A program made the position numbers and the translations under genes. From Gemmatimonadales bacterium (GTDB lineage: Bacteria > Gemmatimonadota > Gemmatimonadetes > Gemmatimonadales > GWC2-71-9), in contig JBDIWC010000015.1 in assembly GCA_039794085.1 (NCBI GenBank), forward strand, positions 14,513 through 78,512: a stretch of 64,000 nt of DNA, read 5' to 3'. Every line of letters starts with the position of its first letter. The first letter of the stretch is position 1. Positions 29,169 to 41,491 of the stretch are shown one piece after another. The notes beneath the pieces were generated by a model that was not told the DNA's origin, did not search any database, and saw nothing but the letters and a program-made list of their open reading frames with translations.

Positions 29169-31130
29169 TCAGGAGGCATAGGGATCGGGGTCGGACCGGA
29201 TCGGGCGGACTCCGCGCCGGGGAGCCCGGGCCTCGGGGACCACATGGGTTCCGAGGCATCCGATGAACCAGGCCAGAGGATCCTCGGGCCGGTGCCTCCG
29301 GGTGGAATGAAGCGCCGCCCGCACGTCCTCCGGCCGGTGTCCCTCCACGACGTCGCGGACCCGGTCGGTCCGGATCGCCGGGTCAAGGGAGCGAAGCCCG
29401 GCCGCGATGGCGTCGGCAAAGGGGAGCTCGGCGGCGGGAGGAAACCGATCCACTCCCTCCCGGCCGGAGAGCATGGCGGGACGGGGGAACCGGACGAAGA
29501 CGGGCTGCGTGAAGTGGGGGTGACGGATCATGAGCTCACCCTTGGGCAAGGCCGCCAGCTTCGCCTTGGTGGCGAGGGAGAGGGTTCCGTAGCCGGCCAT
29601 CGCCAGCTCATCGGCGTCCATGCGCCCATAGAGCGCCGTGCCCGCGTTTCCCACCACCCGGCGATGCACCTGAGAGCGAAACTGCTGCGCGGAGAAGAGC
29701 ACGAGACCAAGATACCGCCCCCGTTCGGAGAGATCGAGGAGCATCTTGCGCACGTAGGTGTCGGGGCCATCGCCGGGAGCATACTTGTTGAGCTCGTCAA
29801 CGAAGACGATGACATGGTCCACGCCCAATGTCCGTCGCTCCAGATGCTCCCGCAGCTTCGACACCACGCGGGCAAAGACCAGATCCTGGGCCAGGGGGTC
29901 GAGACCCGCCACGTCGACGGTGTAGGCCGCCCGGTCCGTGAACGCCCCCCAGGGAAGATCGTTCACTTCGCCATCATCGGTGACGAGGCCCTTGGCGCGG
30001 GTGCTGATGTTGCCCAGCCGGTTCCGCACCTTGCGGATGGTGGCGATGTGATGGGTACGCCAGACCTCGCCTCCGCGCCCGAGCGCCTCCATCCAGTCGA
30101 AGATGGCGCGGAAGAAGACCTCGAGATCGGCGAAGCTCTGGACCCGGAACGGCGCCTCGCGGAGGGCGTCGTCCCGGTACTCGTGACCCACCACGCGCTC
30201 GGCCAGGAAATTGATGAAGGCGTCGGCCTTGGCATCGATGTCATCCCGGTTCATCAGCACTTCGGCGTAATCGAGCACCTCCCGCAGTCCCCAGACCAGG
30301 GGCTCGGTGCGGGAGGCCAGGGCCTCGTGGGTACGCAGGGTATTGAGATTGACCCCATCGGCCTTGTACGGGGCATAACAGCGGAAATCGGCCAGGGGGA
30401 CCGGGGAGAGCCCGAGCCGGTCGTAAATGCGCCGGTCGGCATCGGTGAGGGGCCCCGGCTGGTCGAGGAAGCAGAGGTCGGGGCCCTTCACGTTGAAGCA
30501 GAGGGCGGCGACGGAGCCCTTGGCGGCGGGGAAGGTCTGGAAGATGCTGGTGAGGAGGAACTCGACCGCGCTGGTCTTGGTGGCGAGGCCGCTCACGCCG
30601 GTGATGTTCAGATGGGCGGCCTCGGGGCCGAGGAGGAACTCCGCATCGAGGTAGACGGGAGCCTCGATCCCTCCGGCGGCGTAGAGCCCGACCGGGATGC
30701 CGGTCGAGGCGTCGCCCGTGGCATAGGCATCCATGCGGAGGGACACCATCACGTCGGTGTCCGAGGCGAGGTACACGGCGCCGAGGGGGACGGGCTGCAG
30801 CGGCTCCTCGGGCTCCTGCCGGAGGACGGCGGCGGCATAGAGCCGGATCTCGCTCCGGGCGGTCGGGGCGTCCGGTCCCGCCGGGTCACCCTCCGCCGCG
30901 ATGACCGCGTCGAGTGCAGTGGGAAGATCGGACCAGGCAAATCCGTCGGTGACAACGCCGTACACCGTGCGGCCCCCGCTCTCGGCCCGCACGATGGCCC
31001 CGATCCCCACGGGGGAGGTGGTCGCGGTCCAGAAGAAGAACTGGTGGGGCGTACTGGGCCGGAGTTCGGTGGCCACCACCTGGCCGATCGGCGGGGAGAC
31101 CGCTCCCGGAGGGGATTCCGGCATGGTCAT
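29169..31130 (-). CDS. herA: HerA-like ATPase/helicase (HAS barrel + FtsK/HerA domain)
   Basis: N-terminal IGQVV...F.F...VGIG.IV HAS-like region; HLNITGVSGLATKTS (variant Walker A); FNVKG.DL; FVDELNKYAP; ERGRYLG..L.SAQQ. Confidence 0.85.
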   Translation of the reverse strand: MTMPESPPGAVSPPIGQVVATELRPSTPHQFFFWTATTSPVGIGAIVRAESGGRTVYGVVTDGFAWSDLPTALDAVIAAEGDPAGPDAPTARSEIRLYAAAVLRQEPEEPLQPVPLGAVYLASDTDVMVSLRMDAYATGDASTGIPVGLYAAGGIEAPVYLDAEFLLGPEAAHLNITGVSGLATKTSAVEFLLTSIFQTFPAAKGSVAALCFNVKGPDLCFLDQPGPLTDADRRIYDRLGLSPVPLADFRCYAPYKADGVNLNTLRTHEALASRTEPLVWGLREVLDYAEVLMNRDDIDAKADAFINFLAERVVGHEYRDDALREAPFRVQSFADLEVFFRAIFDWMEALGRGGEVWRTHHIATIRKVRNRLGNISTRAKGLVTDDGEVNDLPWGAFTDRAAYTVDVAGLDPLAQDLVFARVVSKLREHLERRTLGVDHVIVFVDELNKYAPGDGPDTYVRKMLLDLSERGRYLGLVLFSAQQFRSQVHRRVVGNAGTALYGRMDADELAMAGYGTLSLATKAKLAALPKGELMIRHPHFTQPVFVRFPRPAMLSGREGVDRFPPAAELPFADAIAAGLRSLDPAIRTDRVRDVVEGHRPEDVRAALHSTRRHRPEDPLAWFIGCLGTHVVPEARAPRRGVRPIRSDPDPYAS

Positions 31131-32089
31131 GGAGTGTGTCCGCGGGATTCCAGGTAACGCTCCACCGCCCGCATGCCGTAGAGCTGACGATCCCACCGGC
31201 GATCCGGCGTGCTCAGGGGGGCGCGTTCCGCAAGAATCCAGCGTGATATTTCATCTACCCTGCGGGCCGTCTCCTCTCCGGGCGCCGCCTCGATCCGCAC
31301 CAGCCCATGGAACGGGTCCCGCCCTTCCCAGGCCCGGAGCCGCAACCCCCAGGACCAGACCGGGGCCACCCGGCGCGACGCCGGCTGGAAGATCGAGGTG
31401 CGGTGTCCCACCGGTAGCGCGAGGTACCGGTGCAGCGCGGGGCCCTCGAACGGAAGCGTCGCGTGACTCTTGGCGACACCGATCATCCGTCCATCCGCGG
31501 CCCAGGCGGGGCTTTCGGCGAGGGAACCGTCCACCACCATCCAGTCCCGGTGCCGTCGCCGGAACGCGTCTCCCACCTCCACCTCCAGAGTTCCGCGATG
31601 CTGGTCGAGAACCGCCCGGGCCCGGTCGAGATCCCGGGCGGCATGGGGGATCTCCTCGGCGTCCAGCGTGATTCGGTCGAACCCGTCGAGAGCCGTTCCC
31701 GCCGCGGCGAGGACCGCTTCCCGGGCAATGGCGAGCCGCCGAACGCGGACCTCCGCCGCCCGCAGGATCCTCCCCTCCCGGCGAAGCACCGCGGCGGCCG
31801 CCGTGCCGATCACCAGCGGAAGCGGGCCGTCATAGGCCACGACCCGGTGGCGCTGGATGCCATCGAGAAAGGCCACATCTTCCGGACAGACAACCGGGAA
31901 ACCACACTCATACCAGACCAGTTCCGGGTCGTGCACCAGGCGAGCGGGCCGGACGGCGGCGTCCTCCGCGCGGCCCAGGCCACCGGCGCTCCCGTCGGCA
32001 ACGGGGACCAGGCCGCGGGCCGCGAGCTGCCGGCGCAGGCGAGCCAGGACAGGCGGAGAGGGCTCCGCAGCCGGGGCGATCACTCCCAC
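31127..32089 (-). CDS. nurA: NurA-like 5'-3' nuclease
   Basis: VAFLDG...MVVDGSL...IGVAKS, GLVRIE, C-terminal LY...AVERYL. ATGA overlap with herA. This is the C-terminal ~320 aa of ORF 31127-33442. Confidence 0.78.
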   Translation of the reverse strand: MGVIAPAAEPSPPVLARLRRQLAARGLVPVADGSAGGLGRAEDAAVRPARLVHDPELVWYECGFPVVCPEDVAFLDGIQRHRVVAYDGPLPLVIGTAAAAVLRREGRILRAAEVRVRRLAIAREAVLAAAGTALDGFDRITLDAEEIPHAARDLDRARAVLDQHRGTLEVEVGDAFRRRHRDWMVVDGSLAESPAWAADGRMIGVAKSHATLPFEGPALHRYLALPVGHRTSIFQPASRRVAPVWSWGLRLRAWEGRDPFHGLVRIEAAPGEETARRVDEISRWILAERAPLSTPDRRWDRQLYGMRAVERYLESRGHTP

Positions 32090-32094
32090 CGGCC

Positions 32095-33306
32095 TCAGGC
32101 CCCGGGCACGGGGAGACCGGCCCGGGCCAGGAAGGGAATGACCCGGTCCAGGGCACGGGTCAGCTCGGCCTCGGACACCGCGAAGCTGAGGCGGACCCAG
32201 CGGTCGTCCCCGAAGGCGTCGCCCGGGACGGTACTGACCCCGGCTTCCTCCAGCAGGCGCTGACAGAAGGTCTGTCCGGTCATTCCGTCTCCCACGCCAT
32301 CGACCCGGAAGAAGAGGTAGAAGGCGCCGTGAGGCTCCACGAACTCGATTCCCGGTGCCTCGCGCCGGAACCGCTCGACGATCAGGTCGCGCCGGCGGTG
32401 GAAGGCCTCGGTCATCCGCTGGACCTCGCGTTCCACCTTGTCGTCGGCGAAGGCGGTGGCCGCGGCCCACTGGGCGGGATGGTTGGCCCCCGTGGTGGTG
32501 TGGGACTGCAGGGCATCCATGGCCTTCACCAGGTCCGGGGGCGCCCACGCGGCTCCGATCCGCCAGCCCGTCATCGCATAGGCCTTGCTCGCCCCGGTGA
32601 TCACCACGACGCGCTCCAGCAGCTCGTCGGGAAGATCGAGCAGGGACGGGGCGGCTCCGGATCCGAAGTAGATCCGCCGATAGATCTCGTCCGCGATGAT
32701 CCAGATCCCGTGCGTCGCCGCCCAGGTGGCGATGGCCTTGAGTTCGCTCAGGGTGTACACCGACCCGGTCGGATTGTTCGGAGAACAGAGGATGAGGCCG
32801 CGCACCAGGCGATCCGTCTTTCGCTCCAGGTCGGCCACTCCCACCTTGAGGCCCCATTCCGGGTCGCCGGGCACGGGGACGGGCTCGGCCCGGGCCAGGC
32901 GCACAATCTGCGGATAGGACACCCACGCGGGCGAGGGGATCAGGACCCGGTCCTTCGGTCCGAAGAGGGAGAAGCAGGCATTGAAGAGGGACTGCTTCGA
33001 CCCGGAGCTGATCATGACGCGCGCGGGGTCGACCGGCCGTCCGCCGGAAAGCCGGGAGAGGTTCCGGGCCACCGCGTGTCGCAGGGGATCGATGCCGAGG
33101 TTGGGCGGGTAGCGGGTGTGGCCCTTCTGGATGGCCTGGATCGCGGCCTGGACCACGGGGCCCGGGGTATCGAAGTCGGGTTCCCCCACGCCGAGGTCGA
33201 TGATGTCCTCCCCCGCGTCCTTCCGCCGGCGCGCCTCGCGGCTCAGGGCGATGGTGGTCGAGGAGACGAGGTAGGCCAGATTCTGGGACAGTGCGTCGGG
33301 CATCAA
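32095..33306 (-). CDS. PLP-dependent aminotransferase class I/II (aspartate aminotransferase-like)
   Basis: GEPDFDTP, SPNNPTG, ADEIY, SKAYAMTGWRIG. Confidence 0.92.
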   Translation of the reverse strand: MMPDALSQNLAYLVSSTTIALSREARRRKDAGEDIIDLGVGEPDFDTPGPVVQAAIQAIQKGHTRYPPNLGIDPLRHAVARNLSRLSGGRPVDPARVMISSGSKQSLFNACFSLFGPKDRVLIPSPAWVSYPQIVRLARAEPVPVPGDPEWGLKVGVADLERKTDRLVRGLILCSPNNPTGSVYTLSELKAIATWAATHGIWIIADEIYRRIYFGSGAAPSLLDLPDELLERVVVITGASKAYAMTGWRIGAAWAPPDLVKAMDALQSHTTTGANHPAQWAAATAFADDKVEREVQRMTEAFHRRRDLIVERFRREAPGIEFVEPHGAFYLFFRVDGVGDGMTGQTFCQRLLEEAGVSTVPGDAFGDDRWVRLSFAVSEAELTRALDRVIPFLARAGLPVPGA

Positions 33307-33385
33307 TCTCCCCGGTCAAGGCGACAGTGGTGAGAGGGAAGGAACCCCGAAACCTTTCGAGCCACCCGCCGGAAGTCAATGCGGG

Positions 33386-33418
33386 GAAGTTCGAAGTTTG
33401 AAGTTTGAAGTTTGAAGG
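33386..33418. repeat. 7-bp tandem repeat (GAAGTTT/C)x4.5 in divergent intergenic region
   Basis: GAAGTTCGAAGTTTGAAGTTTGAAGTTTGAAGG; same unit as at 14212 and 61437. Confidence 0.8.
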
Positions 33419-33464
33419 GGCCCGCGCTACTTTTCCGCCCATCGTCGGAACGTGAACACGCTGT

Positions 33465-35006
33465 TTGAGAATCGAGGGGCCCGTGTCGGACTGTGTGGAA
33501 CTGCATCTCGCGCCTGAGGAAGGCGCGGCGCTCGTCGCGTCGGGATGGCCGCTCTCTCTCCCCGCCGTGCGCCAGACAACCCCCGTTGCCGCTCGCGGGA
33601 AGCCGCTCGTGGTCCTGACACCCCCCGCTCCGGGTGGTGCCGCCCCGGCCCTGGCCGGCGTGGCCGCCTGGCTCCGTCACACGGAGACCCGCGGGCTGAT
33701 GCTGGTTCCCGACGCATCCCTCGACGCCTGGTCCCCTCTCCTCGGCACGCTCTGCTCCGGCACCCCCACGCACTGGTCGGTGATCCGCTCGGCCTCCGGA
33801 CGAGGCCGTCGTCTCGCCCGGATCCCCGGTCCCCAGCTTCTCGTCACCACCGCCACCACCGCTCTCCAGCTCCACGCGGAGTCGGCGCTCGATCCCGCGA
33901 CCCTTGGCGCCCTCGTTCTGGTCTGGCCCGAACAGTGGGATCACGAGACGCTCCTGCCACCGCTCCTGCAGGAGTTGCCCGAGGCCGCCTCACGCACCAT
34001 GATCACCACCGCGTCGGCCTCCGCGGCGGACCTCGCGACCCGGTACTTCCATCGAGCCGCCACCATCGGAAACGATCCGGTGACCGGCGCGGAGTCGACG
34101 CTCCCCGCCGCCCAACTGGCCTCGGTGCCGTGGGGGGACCGGATCAGAGCGTGTGCCCATCTCCTCGAAATCACAGACCCCTCCACGGCCGTGATCTGGA
34201 CGGCGGACACCACCCACCACGCCGCCCTGCATGCGGTGTTGACGGCGGGAGGGCTCCTGTCACCCGGGACCGATCCCGCCCATGCCAGCCGGATCATCGT
34301 GGGTGACGACGAGCCGGGCCCGACCGATCTGGTCATCGGATTCGATCTTCCGACGCGTGAGCAACTGGGATGGTGGGCCCCGGCGGGCCGGATCGTGCTC
34401 CTGAGTCCCCCGGGCACCGAAGGGTGGAGCCGGCGACTCGCCCCGTCCGCGACCCCACTCGACGCCGGCACCGACGTGTCCGCCGCCCTGCAGTCGGCGC
34501 ACGGCCGGCGAGCCGAACTCCGGCAGATCCTGCAGACCACGGACCTGGAACCCACCCTGCTGGAACTCGCTCCCCTCTTCGAGCAGTACGGTGCCCCGCG
34601 CGTGGCCGCCGCCCTCGCGGTGGCTGGCCGGCGCTCCGCAGCCGCGCCTCCGATCTCCTCGCCCACTTCGGCGTCCCCGGCACGGCCTGCGAGCCGCAGC
34701 GGATCGGAGGACCAGCGAATCTGGATTGGAGCGGGACGCAAGGACGAGGTGACCGCCAATGACATCGTCGGTCTGCTCACCCGGGAACTCGGCGTGGAGC
34801 GGTCGTCCATCGGCCGCATCGAGCTGCGGGACACTTTCAGTCTGATCGAGTTCGCGGGGGACGCCGTCGGCCTGGCGGACCGGATCACCGGCAAGAGCAT
34901 CCGGAAGCGGCGGCTGGTGGCCCGGCTCGACCGGGGGGCGGGACCCCCGCGCCGTTCCGCCGGGCCGACCGGGCCGGGATCGCGGGACCGGGGTCCCAAA
35001 CGCTAA
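33465..35006 (+). CDS. Degenerate DEAD-box-helicase-like protein with C-terminal DbpA RNA-binding domain
   Basis: C-terminal RIWIGAGRKDEV..NDIVGLL..E.G......IGRIELRDTFSLIE matches DbpA RBD. The N-terminus has a RecA-like pattern (LMLVP, LLVTT, VIGFDLP) but lacks GKT/DEAD. Confidence 0.65.
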   Translation: MRIEGPVSDCVELHLAPEEGAALVASGWPLSLPAVRQTTPVAARGKPLVVLTPPAPGGAAPALAGVAAWLRHTETRGLMLVPDASLDAWSPLLGTLCSGTPTHWSVIRSASGRGRRLARIPGPQLLVTTATTALQLHAESALDPATLGALVLVWPEQWDHETLLPPLLQELPEAASRTMITTASASAADLATRYFHRAATIGNDPVTGAESTLPAAQLASVPWGDRIRACAHLLEITDPSTAVIWTADTTHHAALHAVLTAGGLLSPGTDPAHASRIIVGDDEPGPTDLVIGFDLPTREQLGWWAPAGRIVLLSPPGTEGWSRRLAPSATPLDAGTDVSAALQSAHGRRAELRQILQTTDLEPTLLELAPLFEQYGAPRVAAALAVAGRRSAAAPPISSPTSASPARPASRSGSEDQRIWIGAGRKDEVTANDIVGLLTRELGVERSSIGRIELRDTFSLIEFAGDAVGLADRITGKSIRKRRLVARLDRGAGPPRRSAGPTGPGSRDRGPKR

Positions 35007-35031
35007 CGGGCCGCCCAGCGGGGCGGCCCGT
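35006..35031. terminator. GC-rich hairpin between convergent genes
   Basis: ACGGGCCGCCC-AGCG-GGGCGGCCCGT, a perfect 11-bp stem with no strong U-tract. Confidence 0.55.
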
Positions 35032-35066
35032 AGAACAGCGATTGGCCGGGTTGCCCCGGGTGTGTC

Positions 35067-35360
35067 CTACTTCTTGGCCTTGTTCACCAGGTCCTTGAGG
35101 CCCTTGCCCGGACGGAAGGCCGGAACCACGGACGCCTTGATCTTGATGGCCTTGCCGGTGCGCGGGTTGCGGCCTTCGCGCGCGGCCCGCTTGCGGGTCT
35201 CGAAGTTTCCGAAGCCCGTAATCTGGATCTTGCCGCCCTTCTTGAGTTCACCTGCGATGATGCCGGTGGTGGCGAAGAAGGCGTCGATGATCTCGCCCGC
35301 CTGCGCCTTCGAGGTCTCCAGCTTCTTCGCGACCGCTTCGACCAGCTCCTGTTTGTTCAT
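35067..35360 (-). CDS. hup: HU family DNA-binding protein
   Basis: MNKQELVEAVA...GFGNF...RAAREGRNPRTG...PAFRPGK.LK; GGAGAGG RBS. Confidence 0.95.
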   Translation of the reverse strand: MNKQELVEAVAKKLETSKAQAGEIIDAFFATTGIIAGELKKGGKIQITGFGNFETRKRAAREGRNPRTGKAIKIKASVVPAFRPGKGLKDLVNKAKK

Positions 35361-35476
35361 GCCCCTCTCCTCTGGTGGATGTGACTGGGGGACTGCCGCG
35401 CCCCGAAGATGGCGCGTACCGGCCACAATATGGGGGTCAGGCGGGAAAAACCGCAAGATCTTTCGGGTTTCTTGCC

Positions 35477-35505
35477 TTGACCCCCGGCAACCGGGCCGCT
35501 AGACT
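35477..35505 (+). promoter_or_regulatory. Putative sigma70 promoter upstream of tdk
   Basis: TTGACC-17 nt-TAGACT, 35 nt before the ATG. Confidence 0.55.
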
Positions 35506-35540
35506 CGATTCCTGAGAACCCCCAGAACGAGTCCCTCCCC

Positions 35541-36146
35541 ATGCATCTCCGCGCCCGGCCCGGGTCCATCGAAGTCATTGCCGGCGTGATGTTCAGCGGC
35601 AAGAGCGAGGAGCTCATCCGACGCGTCCGGCGGGCGGTCATCGCACGTCAACGGGTTCAGGTTTTCAAGTCACACCTCGACGAGCGCTACACCGGCCTGC
35701 ACCATGTGGCGAGTCACAACGGCACCGCCATCGCGGCGCTCCCGGTGCAATCCGCCGCCGACATCATGCGGCTGGTCCTGGCCGAGACGGAGGTGCTCGG
35801 AGTGGACGAGGCCCAGTTCCTCGATGCCGGCATCGTGGAGGTGGCCACCGAGCTGGCCCACCGAGGAGTGCGGGTTCTTCTGGCCGGGACCGACACCGAC
35901 TTCCGGGGCGAGCCGTTCGGCGCGATGGGCACTCTCATGGCCATCGCGGACAGCGTGGACAAACTGAACGCCATCTGCCTGGTCTGCGGACAGCCGGCCT
36001 CGCGGAACCAGCGGTTGGTGGACGGCCGGCCGGCGCGGTACGACAGCCCGACGATCCTGGTCGGGGGCAGCGAGAGCTACGAAGCCCGTTGCCGGCACTG
36101 CCATCGGGTGCCCCGTCGCGATGAGGACCAGACCGCGCTCCTCTGA
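35541..36146 (+). CDS. tdk: Thymidine kinase
   Basis: [26 protein letters not shown]...YEARCRHC. Confidence 0.95.
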   Translation: MHLRARPGSIEVIAGVMFSGKSEELIRRVRRAVIARQRVQVFKSHLDERYTGLHHVASHNGTAIAALPVQSAADIMRLVLAETEVLGVDEAQFLDAGIVEVATELAHRGVRVLLAGTDTDFRGEPFGAMGTLMAIADSVDKLNAICLVCGQPASRNQRLVDGRPARYDSPTILVGGSESYEARCRHCHRVPRRDEDQTALL

Positions 36147-36172
36147 GCCGTCCTCCGCGGTCGACCCCCTCC

Positions 36173-36784
36173 ATGCTCTCCGTCGCGCTCACCGGGAATG
36201 CCGCCGCGGGCAAGTCCACGGTGGCCCGCTGGTTCACCGAGTGGGGTGCGACTCTCCTCGACGCCGACGCCATCGTCCGGGAGCTGCAGGAGCCGGGAAC
36301 GGACGTGCACGCGGCGATCGTCGCCCACTTCGGCCCCGGCATCCTTGACGCCACGGGAGCCCTCCGGCGGGAGATTCTCCGGCACCGGGTTCTCGACTCC
36401 GCCGCCGACCGCGCCGCTCTCGAAGCGTTGGTGCATCCGGCGGTGCGACAGGTCACCGCCGCGCGAATGGCGGAGGCCCGCCGACGGGGCAATGCGATCG
36501 TGGTGACGGAGATCCCTCTCCTTTTCGAAACGGGACAGGAGCACCGCTTCGATCGCGTGGTGATGGTGGATGCACCTCCCGAGGTGCGACGGGCCCGGCT
36601 CGTCGCGGAGCGCCTCCTCTCCCCCGAGGCGGCCGACCGCCTGATGGCAACCCAGCGGCCCGCCGCCACGACGCGCGCGGCCTGCGACTTCGTGATCGAC
36701 AACGACTCTGACCGGGACGCTCTGCGGCACCGGGCCCGCGCCGTCTGGGACACCCTCCTCCGCGAAGCCGGGGCCACCGCTTGA
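36173..36784 (+). CDS. coaE: Dephospho-CoA kinase
   Basis: LTGNAAAGKST, DAD, LEALVHPAV, EIPLLFE, DFVIDND. Confidence 0.95.
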   Translation: MLSVALTGNAAAGKSTVARWFTEWGATLLDADAIVRELQEPGTDVHAAIVAHFGPGILDATGALRREILRHRVLDSAADRAALEALVHPAVRQVTAARMAEARRRGNAIVVTEIPLLFETGQEHRFDRVVMVDAPPEVRRARLVAERLLSPEAADRLMATQRPAATTRAACDFVIDNDSDRDALRHRARAVWDTLLREAGATA

Positions 36785-36809
36785 CCCGGCGTTCCCGCCC
36801 ACCTATCCT
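36781..36809 (+). promoter_or_regulatory. Putative sigma70 promoter upstream of gcvH
   Basis: TTGACC-17 nt-TATCCT overlapping the coaE stop; same -35 as the tdk promoter. Confidence 0.5.
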
Positions 36810-36833
36810 CAAGCGCAACTCATCTGGAGGCGT

Positions 36834-37226
36834 TTGGTGGCGAACATTCCCGACGATCTGACCTACACCGCCGAGCACGAGTATCTCCGCCCCACGGGCG
36901 ACGCCGGTGTCTTCGAGGTCGGCATTACCGACTTTGCCCAGGGCGAACTTGGCGATATCGTGTTCGTCAACCTGCCCGCCGTGGGCGACACCTTCGCCGC
37001 GAACGGTTCCTTCGGGACTGTCGAGGCGGTCAAGGCCGTCTCCGATCTCTACTGTCCCGTGGCCGGGGAGATCGTGGCCATCAATGACGCACTCGATGCC
37101 GATCCGGCGGTCATCAACAAGGACCCTTACGGCGCCGGCTGGATGATCCGGCTCCGTGCCGACAACCCCGCCGACGCCTCGGGCCTGCTCGACGCCGCGG
37201 CGTACCGGGCACACATCGGCGCCTGA
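36834..37226 (+). CDS. gcvH: Glycine cleavage system H protein
   Basis: [25 protein letters not shown] (lipoyl Lys), DPYGAGW; GGAGG RBS. Start may be 36837. Confidence 0.95.
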   Translation: MVANIPDDLTYTAEHEYLRPTGDAGVFEVGITDFAQGELGDIVFVNLPAVGDTFAANGSFGTVEAVKAVSDLYCPVAGEIVAINDALDADPAVINKDPYGAGWMIRLRADNPADASGLLDAAAYRAHIGA

Positions 37227-37260
37227 TCACCCCGTCTCCCGAGCATCTCGCCATGTTCCG

Positions 37261-37301
37261 CATGCCCCGGGTGGTCTCGCCGCCGGGGCATGTTTCGTTT
37301 T
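37261..37301 (+). terminator. Hairpin with U-rich tail between gcvH and gcvP
   Basis: CATGCCCCGG...CCGGGGCATG followed by TTTCGTTTT. Confidence 0.55.
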
Positions 37302-37317
37302 CACGGAAGACCTCATC

Positions 37318-40180
<2,863 letters not shown>

Positions 40181-40194
<14 letters not shown>

Positions 40195-41002
40195 GTGGTG
40201 GCTCTGGCGGGACGGGCCCCGCGCGGGCCCGGACAACATGGCGATCGACCAGACCCTGCTGGAACGCGCGGGGGATGCGGGCATGGCCGTGCTTCGGCTC
40301 TACGCCTGGGATCCCCCCTGCCTCTCCTTCGGGGCCCATGAACCGGCCACCCGCCGGTACGACCGGGCCCGGATCGCCGCCTTGGAGCTTCCCTGCGTTC
40401 GGCGCCCGACCGGAGGCCGCGCCGTGTACCACCACGGGGAACTGACCTACTCGCTCGCCAGCCCGCTGGAGCGCTTCGGGTCGCTCCGGTCGGCCTATCA
40501 GGAGATTCACTCCATGCTCGCGGAGTCCCTCCGGTCGGTGGGCATCGCCGCCACCCTCGCGCCAACAGGGGGACCGGTTCCCGGAGTCGCGGCAGGTCCC
40601 TGTTTCGATGCGGCCGTGGGGGGCGAAGTGCTGGTGAGGGGAAGGAAGCTCATCGGGAGTGCCCAGGTTCGCACCCGCACTGCACTGCTCCAGCATGGCT
40701 CTCTCCTCCTGCACGACGACCAGACGCTGGTGCGCGAACTCGCGGCCGGAGACGGATCGACTCCCGGCTGCCTCCCCCCTCCGAACCCTGCCACCCTGGA
40801 ATCACTCCGAGCCGAGAGAGTCCAGGCCGGGCCAACCGATCAACCGGAGGACACCTGGGAACTCATGGCCACCGCCATCGCCGAGACCGCCCCGCGGACC
40901 TGGCCCGGACGATGGCGGCCGCTCGACCCCGCTCCTGTCCTCCGGGATGCCACCCGGCGCCTCTCCCGGTTTTCCGACCCGGCGTGGACCTGGGGACGAT
41001 GA
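40181..41002 (+). CDS. Lipoate-protein ligase/octanoyltransferase family
   Basis: [40 protein letters not shown]. Confidence 0.88.
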
Positions 41003-41218
41003 ACCCGGTTTGTCCGTGCGGGGGTGTCGCCGATGATGACCAACTCGGCTCCCCGGGGACAGTACCCGAGCCGCGGCTCCGCCCGCGAGGTGGCGATCCT
41101 CGGGAGGGCGTCGCGCCGGGCATGATCCGACCCGTACGCGCCGACCGCACCCGGGCCGGGGCGAGTCCCACCGCGCGCAGCTTCCGGTCGGCGCCCCGCG
41201 CCTCCCCTCCCCGATTCA

Positions 41219-41397
41219 ACCACAGAGAACACAGAGGACGCAGAGGGTTGACGGTATCCGCGACACGCTCCTCGTCTCGGTTGGCGGGCGTCGACAGGAT
41301 GGCCCCCCCCCCACAAAACATCCGAACCTCGGCGCGCGAGACACGGAGCACTGGACATCACACGGAGACCCTCTGTGACCTCCGTGTTCTCTGTGGT
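41219..41397. repeat. Cassette with inverted 9-bp tandem arms
   Basis: ACCACAGAGAACACAGAGGACGCAGAGGG (41219-41247) vs reverse complement of 41369-41397: 26/29 identical. Confidence 0.8.
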
Positions 41398-41491
41398 GAT
41401 TCCTTCCCGCCTTACCCAATCCCGTGGGCCCGGGTCGCGCACCGCGGGCCTTTCACGTATCTTGGAGGGATCCCTCAACACCGTCTGCGCC

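Noticed and set aside
31127..33442. 771-aa ORF as a single protein or aminotransferase-NurA frameshift fusion
   Set aside because: The first ~450 aa are an off-frame Arg/Pro/Gly-rich reading over the aminotransferase. Only the last ~320 aa are NurA-like, and they have their own GTG start.
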